From: Setoptus koraiensis
Lineage: Eukaryota; Animalia; Arthropoda
Reading direction: 5' to 3'
DNA: 64,000 nucleotides
Assembly: GCA_048013815.1 (NCBI GenBank)
Contig: CM106585.1
Location: forward strand, 19,840,001-19,904,000
Part shown: positions 13,610 through 24,630 of the stretch, in pieces
How the letters are laid out: each line of letters opens with the position of its first letter
How positions within the stretch are numbered: the stretch's first letter is position 1
Program-made: the position numbers and the translations under genes
The notes under the pieces: model-generated
Told to the model about the DNA's origin: nothing
What the model saw: the letters and a program-made list of their open reading frames with translations, nothing else
Databases searched by the model: none

Positions 13610-14300
13610 TTTTGATAGATATATTTATATTCTGATCAATTTATATATATTTCGATAAATATATTATGTAGTCGAATTATCTACAATAGCATTGTGTGTG
13701 ATCTCACTTCTACCCAACTTTCTGTGCGAGTTTTTGTGCACACAAAGCTCGAATTCGTGTTTGTGCTTACATTGATCAATATTGTGCGAGTGGCTGCCCT
13801 GGCTGCGCTTATGCATTGTTAAAGCATCTGAGTGGCCAGATTCAGACGCATCGCGCGAATATTTAAAAAGTGCACAATCGATTCTATGAATAGTAAAATA
13901 ATATCCACAGTAGAAGGATACGAACTCATACAAATCAGCGCTAATCCAAGGATTATACCCCCCTGTACGGACATTATGGCAAGATAGTTTCAGTGTTCTG
14001 TCAAAGTGCACAAGCAGAAAAAGACCAGTGTTCGTAACCATATTCATGTATGGATATCATTTTACTATTCACATAATTCAAATTCTCGCGCGATGTGACT
14101 AAGTCTGGCCATTCAGCCCGCTTTCACAATGCATTTTCATTATAAAACACAAGCGCAACCAGAGTAACAGCTCGCACAAGACCGATCAAAATATACGCAC
14201 ATACACGATTTTTAGCCTTGCGTGTACAACAACTCGCACAGAAAGTTGGAAAGAAGTGAGATTACACCCAGTTATATTATTATTATAAATATCTCTATCA
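13610..14300. promoter_or_regulatory. Bidirectional promoter formed by a degenerate inverted repeat (arms about 13610-13907 and 14051-14300)
   Basis: The region lies between divergent ATGs at 13597 (-) and 14374 (+). The reverse complement of the right arm aligns collinearly with the left arm through blocks such as ACTCGCACAGAAAGTTGG, TGGCCAGA, CATCGCGCGA and TGAATAGTAAAAT.ATATCCA. Confidence 0.8.
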
Positions 14301-14373
14301 CTACAATTACCTCACTAGAAAACATGTTTCATTGAAAGAAAAAAAAAATAGGCCAAACGAAATGTTATAGGAA

Positions 14374-15036
14374 ATGGCGAAAAAGAAATATAGATTCCAA
14401 GTTCATATTGAAATAGTTGAACTATCAAATGTTGCGCTCAAAAATGAATATATATTTATTAAGATTCGCCAAAAAAAAGGAAAATTTAACTACTTAACAT
14501 CCAAAGAAGAAGTTCAAGACCATAAAGTTGTATGGAGAGAAAAATTCAGTTTTGAATGTAAGACCACCGCTCCAGCATCGACAGGAGTCCTTGACGGATG
14601 TTACTTGAGATTCTCTATTAGGAAGGAAACACGTCATGGATTACAGAAGCTAGGTTATGTAGATATAAATTTAAGCGAATTTGCCGGTTGTGGCAAACAA
14701 AACTGCAAATACCTATTAGAAGGATATACCTCCTCAACAAGACTTGATAATTCGATTCTCAAATTCTTTATCGATATGCAATTAATTTCTGGTGATCCAC
14801 TATTCAAAAGGCACACGATCTCTAATGAGGATATAACTAATGAACAAATGATGGTCAATCAAACGTATCATCGGCCATGTCAGGATGGCATCAGGAACTC
14901 TCTGACACTGAACACACACACTGATTCGACGCGAGTAAACAATGATGTTGCTATCAATGAGATTATCGAACAAAATCTCAGATTTGCCTCAACCCAACCT
15001 CAGTCTCATAAGGGTCTAAGTCTACATGATATTTAG
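14374..15036 (+). CDS. FAM102A: EEIG1/FAM102-family NT-C2 domain protein, single exon
   Basis: KKKYRFQVHIEIVELSNV, KVVWREKFSFECK, LRFSIRKE, KLGYVDINLSEFAG, RLDNSILK and LISGDPLFKR, plus C-terminal TRVNNDVAINEII. Confidence 0.9.
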   Translation: MAKKKYRFQVHIEIVELSNVALKNEYIFIKIRQKKGKFNYLTSKEEVQDHKVVWREKFSFECKTTAPASTGVLDGCYLRFSIRKETRHGLQKLGYVDINLSEFAGCGKQNCKYLLEGYTSSTRLDNSILKFFIDMQLISGDPLFKRHTISNEDITNEQMMVNQTYHRPCQDGIRNSLTLNTHTDSTRVNNDVAINEIIEQNLRFASTQPQSHKGLSLHDI

Positions 15037-15700
15037 CCAACTTTAAGATACAAAAACAAATTTGAAAATGAACAAATATAAAGATGCCTGTGTTGTTGAA
15101 CTGTTGTATTTATTATTTCTCACCTCTTAGTTGTCCATGATTGAAATCGCATACTTTTTATCTTTACTAGGAAAATTTTTTTGCCTTAGCACGATCGAAA
15201 ATGATTCAATGTCAACTCCGAATAGGCACGCCTTTATGATTTACACGAAGTACACGCGACGCGTGTTGTGCGACACGCCAGACTCTGGCGGCTAGAGTAG
15301 CAAAAAGGCGCCCCTCGATCGCGCACAGAGGGGTCCTATTCCTCTCCCCCCTTTCTCAGTTTACACATGAACGTACGCTTGGGGGTCGCAAGTATAACAT
15401 AAGTGATGTTATGCGATATAATTGCAGCTATATGACCTTGCAATTTATCCCCGCTATAAGATTCGCTACTGTGTAGTGCTTGTTCAGATTGTATCAAGCT
15501 GTGGTAGTAATGGTCGGCATCATCGCATTTTATATTATCGACCATTCATTATAGAAGAACGACAATAATCTCTTAGGAACTCCGCTGAAAGTCAAAGGAA
15601 AGAAGGGATAATCTCAAGGCTCAGAGCACCTTCACCATATAATCATATTGGAGGATAGATATCTCATAGGCACAATATTACAACCAAAATATCAAATTTA

Positions 15701-17040
15701 ATGTCTCGATCACTAATTAATTTTGCTCTGAAGAGCTTCCGTTCATGTAGGAATGGACATCGTTCATTATCTACCCATCAGAGAATTTGTAATCCTTTAA
15801 TGCAACAAGAATCCTCATCAGAGACTAGTCAAGTGTCGAGCAAACTAAGATGCACCCTCATACCAGGCGATGGGGTTGGCCCTGAGCTATGCCTAGCTGT
15901 AAAGAATGTCTTATCAGCCATCAGCGTGCCTATAGAGTTTGACGAATACTTTCTGAGGCGAGTTGACAGTACCTCTTCATGCCGTTTCTCATAAACCTTT
16001 CTTGCACATTCATATGATGTACTAACAAAAAATTACCTTCTACTATCTTGCAGCGAAATCAATCCATCTATGAGTGTGCCCTTGGAAACAGTTGTAGATT
16101 CCATCAAAGCTAACGGTATAGCTCTGAAGGGTATCCTGTCTTCACCAGCTACAAACCAGATCGGCGATATACAGACATTGAATATGCGGATACGAAAAGA
16201 ATTGGATCTTTTTGCCAATGTAGTGCATATAAGAAGTCTGCAAGGGTTTAAAACAAGGCATCCAAACTTGGACTTTTACGTCATCAGAGAACAAACGGAA
16301 GGTGAATATAGCTCACTGGAGCACGAAAGCGTGCCGGGAGTTGTGGAATGTCTAAAGATTATAACGGAACAAAAATCGCGCAGAATCGCCAAATTCGCTT
16401 TCGATTATGCGACAAAACACGGAAGGAAGAAGGTGACCGCGGTTCACAAAGCCAATATCATGAAACTGGGTGACGGTCTATTCTTAAGATGTTGCCAAGA
16501 GACTGCCAAGTTATATCCTCAAATAGAGTTCGAGTCCATGATTATAGATAATACATGCATGCAATTGGTTTCTAACCCCCAACAATTCGATGTTATGGTG
16601 ATGCCCAACTTATATGGAAGTATCATTGACAATCTATCAGCCGGTCTAGTTGGAGGTGCTGGTGTTGTTCCCGGAGCTAGCTATTCGTCAGAGTGTGTCA
16701 TCCACGAGCCAGTGAGTATCCACAGAAGCTAATTCTTACATATTAATTTGATTGTTTGCTAATCATTTTCAAACACTTTATTGAATGAACGCTTAAATAT
16801 CTATCATTACAGGGAGCGAGACACACTTATGGTCAAGCAGTGGGAAAGAATATAGCTAATCCAACAGCCATGTTCTTTTGTGCATCGAAAATGTTGCGCC
16901 ACGTCAATCTTCACGATTACGCAAAACTAGTCCAGACGGCTGTTGAAAAGGTTCTGTCTCACGGAAAAGTGAAAACAAGAGATTTGGGTGGATATGCTAG
17001 CACCACAGATTTCACCAAGGCTGTCATAGAGCAACTCTAA
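15701..17040 (+). CDS. IDH3B: NAD-dependent isocitrate dehydrogenase 3 subunit beta, 3 exons, 380 aa
   Basis: Exons 15701-15957, 16054-16711 and 16813-17040 total 1143 nt. The protein has a mitochondrial presequence, [45 protein letters not shown] and [16 protein letters not shown]. Intron 1 is GC-AG. Confidence 0.93.
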
Positions 17041-17084
17041 TTACAATGGTAAAGCTTTATTATATTTAACGATTTACAAAAAAA

Positions 17085-18122
17085 TTAGCCCATACCTCCT
17101 TGGGCTCTTATTTGCTCTCTCAATATTAAAACCTTCTGTTGCTGATCATATGGCAATAAGGATATCTGTTCATTGGTCATTTGTAGAACCTGCATTAGCA
17201 ACTCCGCTTTCTGTTGATCGGATATCTGTTGGCTTGTAGAGGGTGCCGCTCTGCCTCTTGCCAGCCGAGGATCAGTTGTTGTAGGTTGTTGTGGGTTGGT
17301 ATGAACTGGCTGTACAGTGGTGGGCATAGTGTTGTACATGAAATTGGGAGCAATGTGTTGGGCAGGCATAGGCACCTGCATAGGCATAGTTTGAGGGGCG
17401 ATAGGTTGTTGCATTGGAATACTCGTGATGACATTTGCTGGTTGCATGATGGTTCCAGCTTGTATAAATGTTGCTACAGGTATTTGTTGGGCCATTTGCT
17501 TGTGCAATATATTCATGGCGGTTTGAGGGTCTATAGATCTCATGACAACAAGGGCCTGCAGCAGTGCATAAACCAATTGCGGATTTTGCACAAGCATTGC
17601 TCTGGCTTCATTTGGATTATTCTGAATTGATTCCTTCATTTGTTTGGCCAGCTCGAACATTTGCTCTGGTGGCAAACTGGCAACAACCTTACTTATGGCC
17701 TCGGGAGCTTTATCTGGCTCTACCTCGTTGCTGTGGGGTGTTTCATGAAATGGTGCAGGCCCAGGGTTTGTGTTCATCGTGATTGATCCACCACTACCAG
17801 TTGGTTGGCTTACATTAGGTATTGTATTTTTTAGCTCTTCCTCGCGACCACGCACATCGGATGCACTATCAACTCTTAGTTGTCTGCCATTGATATCGTA
17901 CCCGTTTAAATTCCTGATTGCGCTAGCTGCCGTTTCTTGGTCTTTATATTCACAAAAACCATAGCCTTTTGGTTTGCCGGTTTCGCGATCATAGACCAAT
18001 CTGAAGCTCACGACCGGTCCCACGGTGGTGAAGATTTCTCTTAGTTTCTCCTCTGTGGCATCATATGGAATATTTCCGACAAATACATTCCTGAGAGGTC
18101 GATCAGCTTGCTGTTGAGCCAT
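17085..18122 (-). CDS. CSTF2: Cleavage stimulation factor 64-kDa subunit (RRM, hinge, C-terminal domain), single exon
   Basis: VFVGNIPYDATEE..RLVYDRETGKPKGYGFCEYKD; hinge PEAISKVVASLPPEQMFEL..NPQLVYALLQA; C-terminal QKAELLMQVLQMTNEQISLLP. Confidence 0.97.
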   Translation of the reverse strand: MAQQQADRPLRNVFVGNIPYDATEEKLREIFTTVGPVVSFRLVYDRETGKPKGYGFCEYKDQETAASAIRNLNGYDINGRQLRVDSASDVRGREEELKNTIPNVSQPTGSGGSITMNTNPGPAPFHETPHSNEVEPDKAPEAISKVVASLPPEQMFELAKQMKESIQNNPNEARAMLVQNPQLVYALLQALVVMRSIDPQTAMNILHKQMAQQIPVATFIQAGTIMQPANVITSIPMQQPIAPQTMPMQVPMPAQHIAPNFMYNTMPTTVQPVHTNPQQPTTTDPRLARGRAAPSTSQQISDQQKAELLMQVLQMTNEQISLLPYDQQQKVLILREQIRAQGGMG

Positions 18123-18560
18123 GATAGAATAGATATGGTGATAAATAATAGTAATAATAATAATGATGATAGTGAATGTAAATTATTTTAGGTGAAAGGC
18201 AAATGCTCATGGACAACGCTGCTATTTTGTCGCGTTTCTGGATGCTCCATACAAAGTGTAGCGGGGTACTTTTGAATTCTGTGCGGCAATAACCATTTTT
18301 CGGCACAGGATTGTTCATCGGACGGAGTCAGCGCCGATTCGCACCTTTCGGAGCGCCAAAATCTTCTCGTTGTGGCGAGAACTTGAACTATTTTTGTGTT
18401 GACACGGTGCATAATAAATAAATTATGTAACCTTGTTATCGTGCATTGCTGACACTAGAGACCCACCTGTATACCTTGCTATTGGATAAAACACATAGCC
18501 ACATCTTGATGCAAATATGAATCCACCCGTCGCAGCGAGAGAAGAAAAATCTCAGCTTCA

Positions 18561-19163
18561 CTGAACAGAGCTACGGGCGGTTTTTCGAAACAGCAGCGAG
18601 AGAAACACGACAAGGCGAGGAATAAACTTTTTGTAAAAGAAGATTTGTCTACAGTTCTCGCGGTGATGGGGAGAACGTGCTCGAAATCTAATCGAAAGCA
18701 TGAGAAGTTTTCAGAGTCATGCAAGCACTCGTTTTCGAAAATTCTGATTTGTCAGGCGATCGGCTGTCAGCTAATCTTCCAACACCGAACTTATCAATCC
18801 TAATCCTGTTGCAATCCGGCGCGAAAACTGTGAAAACTTGTATGCAATTTGTAGCTATCACGCAATACAAATCATTCCAACAATGATGAGAGATCGATTA
18901 CTCGTTAAGTGTTCCTGCGTTTCATCAACAAGGCGAATAGGAGTTTCGGATGAGAAATGTTGGTCGTTCTTTGTGTGTGTCGTCCCACTGAAACCTAGAA
19001 AATCTAACAATTGATTTTCAGTGCGTTACAGAAACAACCCACTTAGCAATGGCGCATGATTCAAGTGAATCCGCAAGGCAAACGATCTTCACTGGAGAAG
19101 ATGTTTCAGCATCAAACCTTAGCTGATTCAATTATGCGTGGCTCACCAACTCAAGTACATCAA
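18561..19163 (+). repeat. Receptor-less copy of the upstream module of the GR array units
   Basis: Highly similar to 21426-22231 apart from an internal deletion of about 200 bp. Similarity stops abruptly at AAGTACATCAA, 127 bp short of where the receptor ATG would be. Confidence 0.9.
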
Positions 19164-19667
19164 ATTTCCCCTGGAGCTGGACTCGATAGTAGAAAATATC
19201 TCTAAGCGACATTCAAATGACTAATCTATAATTGTCAGCTTATTAATAGATGAATAGCAACCGCAATCTAATAACAATAGCCAGGGAATCGCCAAGGAAC
19301 GCACCTAGGCTCAGGCTTCGCGAATGACATATGTGACGTCATATGTGACAGCTCTCCGTATGTCGCTCTAGCTCGAGCTACATACGAAGCTTGCGTTGAG
19401 CTCATTGCTGTTTAAATCGTTTGTTTACATCCGCGCGCCGTGTCTATCCATCTGCGCCTATGTGTATCCGCCGTCCATATAGTAGCCTGATGCACGAGCT
19501 GCATGCATAAGATGACGTTTATCTACACGAAAACTAGTGATTGTTTGCTCGGTCTGTGAGTCTGGCCAGGTGAGAAAACAGTGTGTGTATTGTTCAGCCA
19601 GAGTAGCAAGTCCAGTTGCTATTGATTGATAGAAACCATCCATAAACCGAAGACATCGCGGTGAGCC

Positions 19668-20827
19668 ATGAGCCTCATACAACAATTGGCCAGATTGCGT
19701 CTAACTAGCGGCGCTTTACGTAACCAGGTTGGCAGACAGTGCCTGTCTACTAGCAATCAACGTTTGCGCGCTAGAAATCGCGATGACAGCGATAACACTT
19801 GTAATACTGACAGGCCTCACACGACAAAAGCCAGAGATGAGCGTGTCACCAAGAGAAAAGAATCACCGAAAACGAACGACAGTGCTCTGAAGAAAAAACA
19901 AAATTCTTCGCCGAATAAATCCAAGTCGAGCCATATCTTCAAGCCTACCAACTATCAAGCTGGCTCTGGCCCCGCCAGGGCACTTCATTCGGCCGGAGAC
20001 ATAACGAAAAGTTTCGACAATATCAAAGCCTCCGATACTGAGGGTGGAATAGTATCTGGTCGCAGACAGGCACCACCAGAGGGCCATTTAGCTGGCAGTG
20101 GCAGTTCAGTTTTAGATGCTGTCAAACTAACTGGACATAATATTATGGATAAAATGAGTAAGGCGAGCGAAAAAACAATCGAGGCCGGCCACAATTTAGC
20201 AGATCAAGCCAAAAATGCTATGGGCATGCACTCAACCAGGAGGCCATTCGACATAGCAGCATTGGAGGCAAAACACGAGCCCCAACTGAACAGATTCTCG
20301 ATAAGATTAAACGATAACAACAACGAAGAGGCCGTGTTGCAATACAGAAAAACAGGCGACCACAGCATTGATTATTATCACACTGAGGTGCCCTCGAATT
20401 ATCGTGGCAATGGCATAGGTTCAATCTTGGCAAGAGTAGGTACACCACAGTCCATCGTTTATGACAACAGTATCTTCAAACAACAATGTCAACACCATAG
20501 TTAGATAATATTATCCTCTTACTTTCCCATTCCTTTTCTATCGTGTTTAGGCTGCCTTCGATCACGCGGCTGATAATCATCTGAGAATGAGGCTGTCGTG
20601 CTCGTATCTTCAGGTTAGTATCTACTGTATTTTTGTTTCAAACCTATTCCATAACAGCTGATCAACGTTATCAATTTGCCCTTATTCCTGTGAAAATATA
20701 CGCTGAATTCATGCACAATCCATTTCGTCTCTTTTATGCCATATTATCCTGACAAATTTCGTTTCGTTAGGATTATTTGAACAAGAATCCGTCAGAAAAA
20801 TACAATAGAATTGTTTTGGACCGCTAG
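19668..20827 (+). CDS. NATD1: NATD1-like small GNAT protein with a long N-terminal extension, 3 exons, 295 aa
   Basis: Exons 19668-20435, 20551-20613 and 20771-20827. HEPQLNRFSI..AVLQY..IDYYHTEVPSNYRGNGIGSILARAAFDHA..MRLSCSYLQDYL matches the NATD1/YjdJ pattern. Confidence 0.85.
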
Positions 20828-20978
20828 ACAAGTACACATTCTGCATTAGAACGTTGGGCCTTCGAAAGACTGTTTGACTCTCGACATCACTGGTGATGTT
20901 TGTGATTTTTTTTTTGTATTAAGAAAAATATCTCACGTTGAAAATAAATTCGATCTTACCGATCAGAATTATGACGTC

Positions 20979-21230
20979 TCAACCAGCATCACGATTGGCT
21001 TGCCTCTTTAGTATTTCGAGCATCTTTCCCTTGGCATTTTTGTCTGCATTCATATTCCTCAATTCATCCTCGACACAATCCTTGTAGAATGACTCGGTAC
21101 AACCAGAATGGGCCTGCTTTTTGTAACAATCCAACGAACAGTATCTCCTATTACATCTGGGACACTGATATTTGGCTGGGTTCTTTGGTTCATCACAAAA
21201 AGCGCATTTGTTGCTGGTGGCTAGATCCAT
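20979..21230 (-). CDS. ZNHIT2: HIT-type zinc finger protein, ZNHIT2-like, only 83 aa
   Basis: CAFC..KYQCPRCNRRYCSLDCYKKQAHSGCTESFYKDCVEDEL..KMLEILKR resembles the ZNHIT2 N-terminus. First ATG is at 21230. It may be truncated or a pseudogene. Confidence 0.7.
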   Translation of the reverse strand: MDLATSNKCAFCDEPKNPAKYQCPRCNRRYCSLDCYKKQAHSGCTESFYKDCVEDELRNMNADKNAKGKMLEILKRQANRDAG

Positions 21231-22357
21231 CAAATTATGTCCACTACACGTGTTGTCTCTCTGTATGTCCAAAAGCTAAATCTACAGGTCCGTCGATTGT
21301 TAGGCATGTAATATAATTATCGGCTCGTGGTAGGATAATAAAAGGATTAATGCATGTAGAATGTGTTCAGCTCACGGGACGTTTCACTTGACATTTTGGT
21401 AGACAGACTATTTGGATCAGCTGGACTGAATAGAGCTACGGGCGGTTTTTCGAAACAGCAGCGAGAGAAACACGACAAGGCGAGGAATAAAATTTTTGTA
21501 AAAGAAGATTTGTCTACAGTTCTCGCCGTGATGGGGAGAACGTGCTCAAAATCGATTCGAAAGCATGAGAAGCTTTCGAAGTCATGCAAGCACTCGTTTT
21601 CGAAAATTCTGATTTGTCAGGCGATCGGCTGTCAGCAATCGTCCAGCAATCGAACACTTATCAATCGTAATCCTGTTGCTATTCGGCGCGAAAATTGTGA
21701 AAACTTGTATGCAGTCTGTAGCTATCACGCAATGCAAAAGCTAATCATTCCAACATTCGCATAAATGTGACGGAAAAGTGGTCCATGATTTGCGGAGCGA
21801 AAATAGCCATATCGACGCAGTACGAATGGAGCTGATCAAAAACATCTCTGTTTTATGCCGTTTATGACACAATCCTACCACAGAGCAAACAATAATATGT
21901 TGAGTTTGGTTCCCTATGAAGTTTCGTGCCACGATTAAACGGAATGTGTGGTATGAGAGATCGATTACTCGAAAAAAGGGGTTCCCGCGTTTCATCAACA
22001 AGGCGAATAGGAGTTTCGGATGAGAAAAGTTGGTTGTTCTTTGTGTGTGTCGTCCCACTAAAACCTAGAAATTCTAAAAATTGACTTTCAGTGCGTTACA
22101 AAAACAACCCACTTAGCAATGACGCATGATTCAGGTAAACCCGCTAGGCAAACGATCTTCACTAAAGATGTTTCAGTATCAAACCCTTAGCTAATTCAAT
22201 TATGCGTGGCTCACCAACTCAAGTACATCAACTCAAGCGCGAACCAAAACAACAACAACTTCGAGTAAACAATAGAGTTGCAAAATAAGCATACTAGTAC
22301 ACTCTTGTTAGAAGCAATCAATGAACAGCAACATTTGATCACCATTTAAACTATAAG

Positions 22358-24630
22358 ATGGACTCTATCAAAATAAATATCTTTTGCCATTTCCTTTTTG
22401 TTATGACTTTCATCAACGGATCGATCTATTTAATGTTTGATGCAAATGACAAGCAAGCAGCAATAAGAAATTCACACAGTCCGATGAGGTCAGAGAGAAG
22501 ATCATTCGAAAGAACGCAAGATTTAGTGAAGTTCTATCTCAGTGCCAGACAAGGACGAGCTTTTTTAACCTGGTTCATAGTCGATCTCGTGTTTGGAGTT
22601 TGCATAGTGACCTATCTACTATTATACGGGTTCGCTAATGAAAGACTTGTTTTGCAATTGAGATTGCCGAACTGGTTGAGCGATATGTTTCTATATTATA
22701 GTTACACTCGCATGATCAACAAAGTGGCTGTGCTACTATTGCTTGAACTTTATTTGTTCCGCTCGAGAAATGTTGGAAAAGCTATATTCGCGAAAGAAGG
22801 CCATGGTTGCGAGCACCTTGTGGACGCTATTTCCTACGTGAGATCCCTGGAATTGACACCACGAGCCTGGATGTATGTTCTCGGTCTGACCGATACAGTC
22901 AAATGTAAAGATCGAGTGCATCCTGAGAAGGTTGAACGTCACAGTCAATTTGAATTTAAAGTTTTAATAAGTATGGCAGCAGATGAAATGAGTGAACAGA
23001 TAAAAACTCGAGGCGAAAATGCAAATGGCCAATCTATGTGCCACCCAATTAAGACTGACAAAGTGGGCTTCGGTCTAGAGTCAACCAATTTATATCCAGA
23101 CGATTTAGAAAAAACACAAAATGGAGGTGAATTCTTCGATTTCGATAATGAGTTTCGCGAAATTCACTATCAAATCGACACTTCGAAGACATCCTGCAAG
23201 AGAGGCACTTTTCATAAAATGGATCTAAGGACATTGAGAGTGCTAAGCTACCTCAATGTTATCGTCACTCTGTCCTTTGTCGCCGGGATGATTTTATACA
23301 CAATAGCTTCGCTGACGGTTGAATTCACTCACTGTCATTACTCTGTGACGTTGTTCCTCAGCCAGCGTCTTTTTCCATACATCATGCTTTTATTGATCAT
23401 TTGCCAATGCATAGCTGGAAATATGGATATTGGCAAGTTTGTTTTGGAGAGTTTGATCTTCCATAGCAAGGCGAAGCGCACAGTAACTTTCTCCTCGCAA
23501 CTAGTGAAATTATTCCGGCATCATAGTAAACAGGTCAGAACTTCATTGGTCATACCAAGCACGCTTGAAACAAACGCCGGAACAAGAAATCATTTGGGAT
23601 ACAATCATAAGACCATTCAAGGGGTGAGAATGACGACGGATGACAACAGTGTATTCTGCAAACATGAGTCTATGATAAACTTCCCCAGCAAAAAGTACCT
23701 GGGCCCCAGACCGCCTGCTGTAATGCTGAATGACGAAAACGAACAAAATTTGGTCGCATTGTCGGAAAAAATCGATCAATTCGTCAAAATGGTGATGGAA
23801 TTACGTGGAGATTTGGATCAATTGAAACTCTTTTATACCTCCTATTTGCATATAGAACTTGTTTTCAGATTGCCTTGTGTCGTGCTGACTCTGGCCTCAC
23901 TTATGAAGATGACAGACTTGGACGCTCTCCAACTTCAAGTGCTAGGTATTCTTTTCTTGAATTATTTGTTATCCTTGGTTGTGATCAGTTTCACTACCGC
24001 TCTTATCCATGTAAAAGTGAGTATTGGTTATCAACAGTTTATTGATAGCATCACAGGTCTCTTAGAAAGTTCTCGATTATATTTGAATGCTTGGAAATAG
24101 AGAATTAGCGCATTTCAGAAGACAGATATTGACCGGCCCAACTCTCTATCGGATGTCTGGATCGAACATCAAGCTGAAAAAAAAAACACTCTGTCACGTC
24201 TACGACTACAATCTGGCTGAGAGCTAGGGGGATATTTCACAATTAATTCATCATTAGTTAATCGTTATCCTTTCCTATTCGCTTCTCTCCCACGTCGATA
24301 CATATCTCTTTTTATCTAGTTTGGAACACTCAATCGGGATATGCAGAATCTATTTATTCATCAATCGCTTATGAGTGAATTCAATTTGCAACGATTGCTC
24401 GGTATATCTGAAGATTTGATGAGAGTCGAGAATATTTCGTTTGTTATCGCAGGTATTTACCCCGTGACACCGGGAAAATTACCTTTGGTAAGTGCAAGCC
24501 ATGCTCAAATCATATCGTGTTTATCAAATCTTCTACCTACAATTAACTCTCCTCAAATCCTCATTTTTTCCTGTAGATCTTAGGATGGATCGTATCTGGC
24601 ATGATAGTACTGTTGCAGTTCATCTTGTAG
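22358..24630 (+). CDS. Gustatory-receptor-superfamily 7TM chemoreceptor, copy 1 (626 aa)
   Basis: Exons 22358-24016, 24320-24487 and 24577-24630, with phase-0 GT-AG introns near the 3' end as is typical of GR genes. There are multiple hydrophobic helices and the C-terminus is FVIAGIYPVTPGKLPLILGWIVSGMIVLLQFIL. Confidence 0.85.

Noticed and set aside
21363-21764. ORFs in the receptor upstream modules (also 18479-18870, 24874-25140, 28373-28735, 35961-36505) as a second gene family
   Set aside because: The frame is not preserved between paralogous copies (frameshifts and stops) and no domain is recognisable. They are best explained as co-duplicated non-coding sequence.
24017-24100. ORF-track C-termini of the receptor ORFs (e.g. 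VSIGYQQF...NAWK) as true protein ends
   Set aside because: They are read-through into intron 1. A GT donor follows HV(K/Q) in all five copies and the conserved downstream exons supply TM7.
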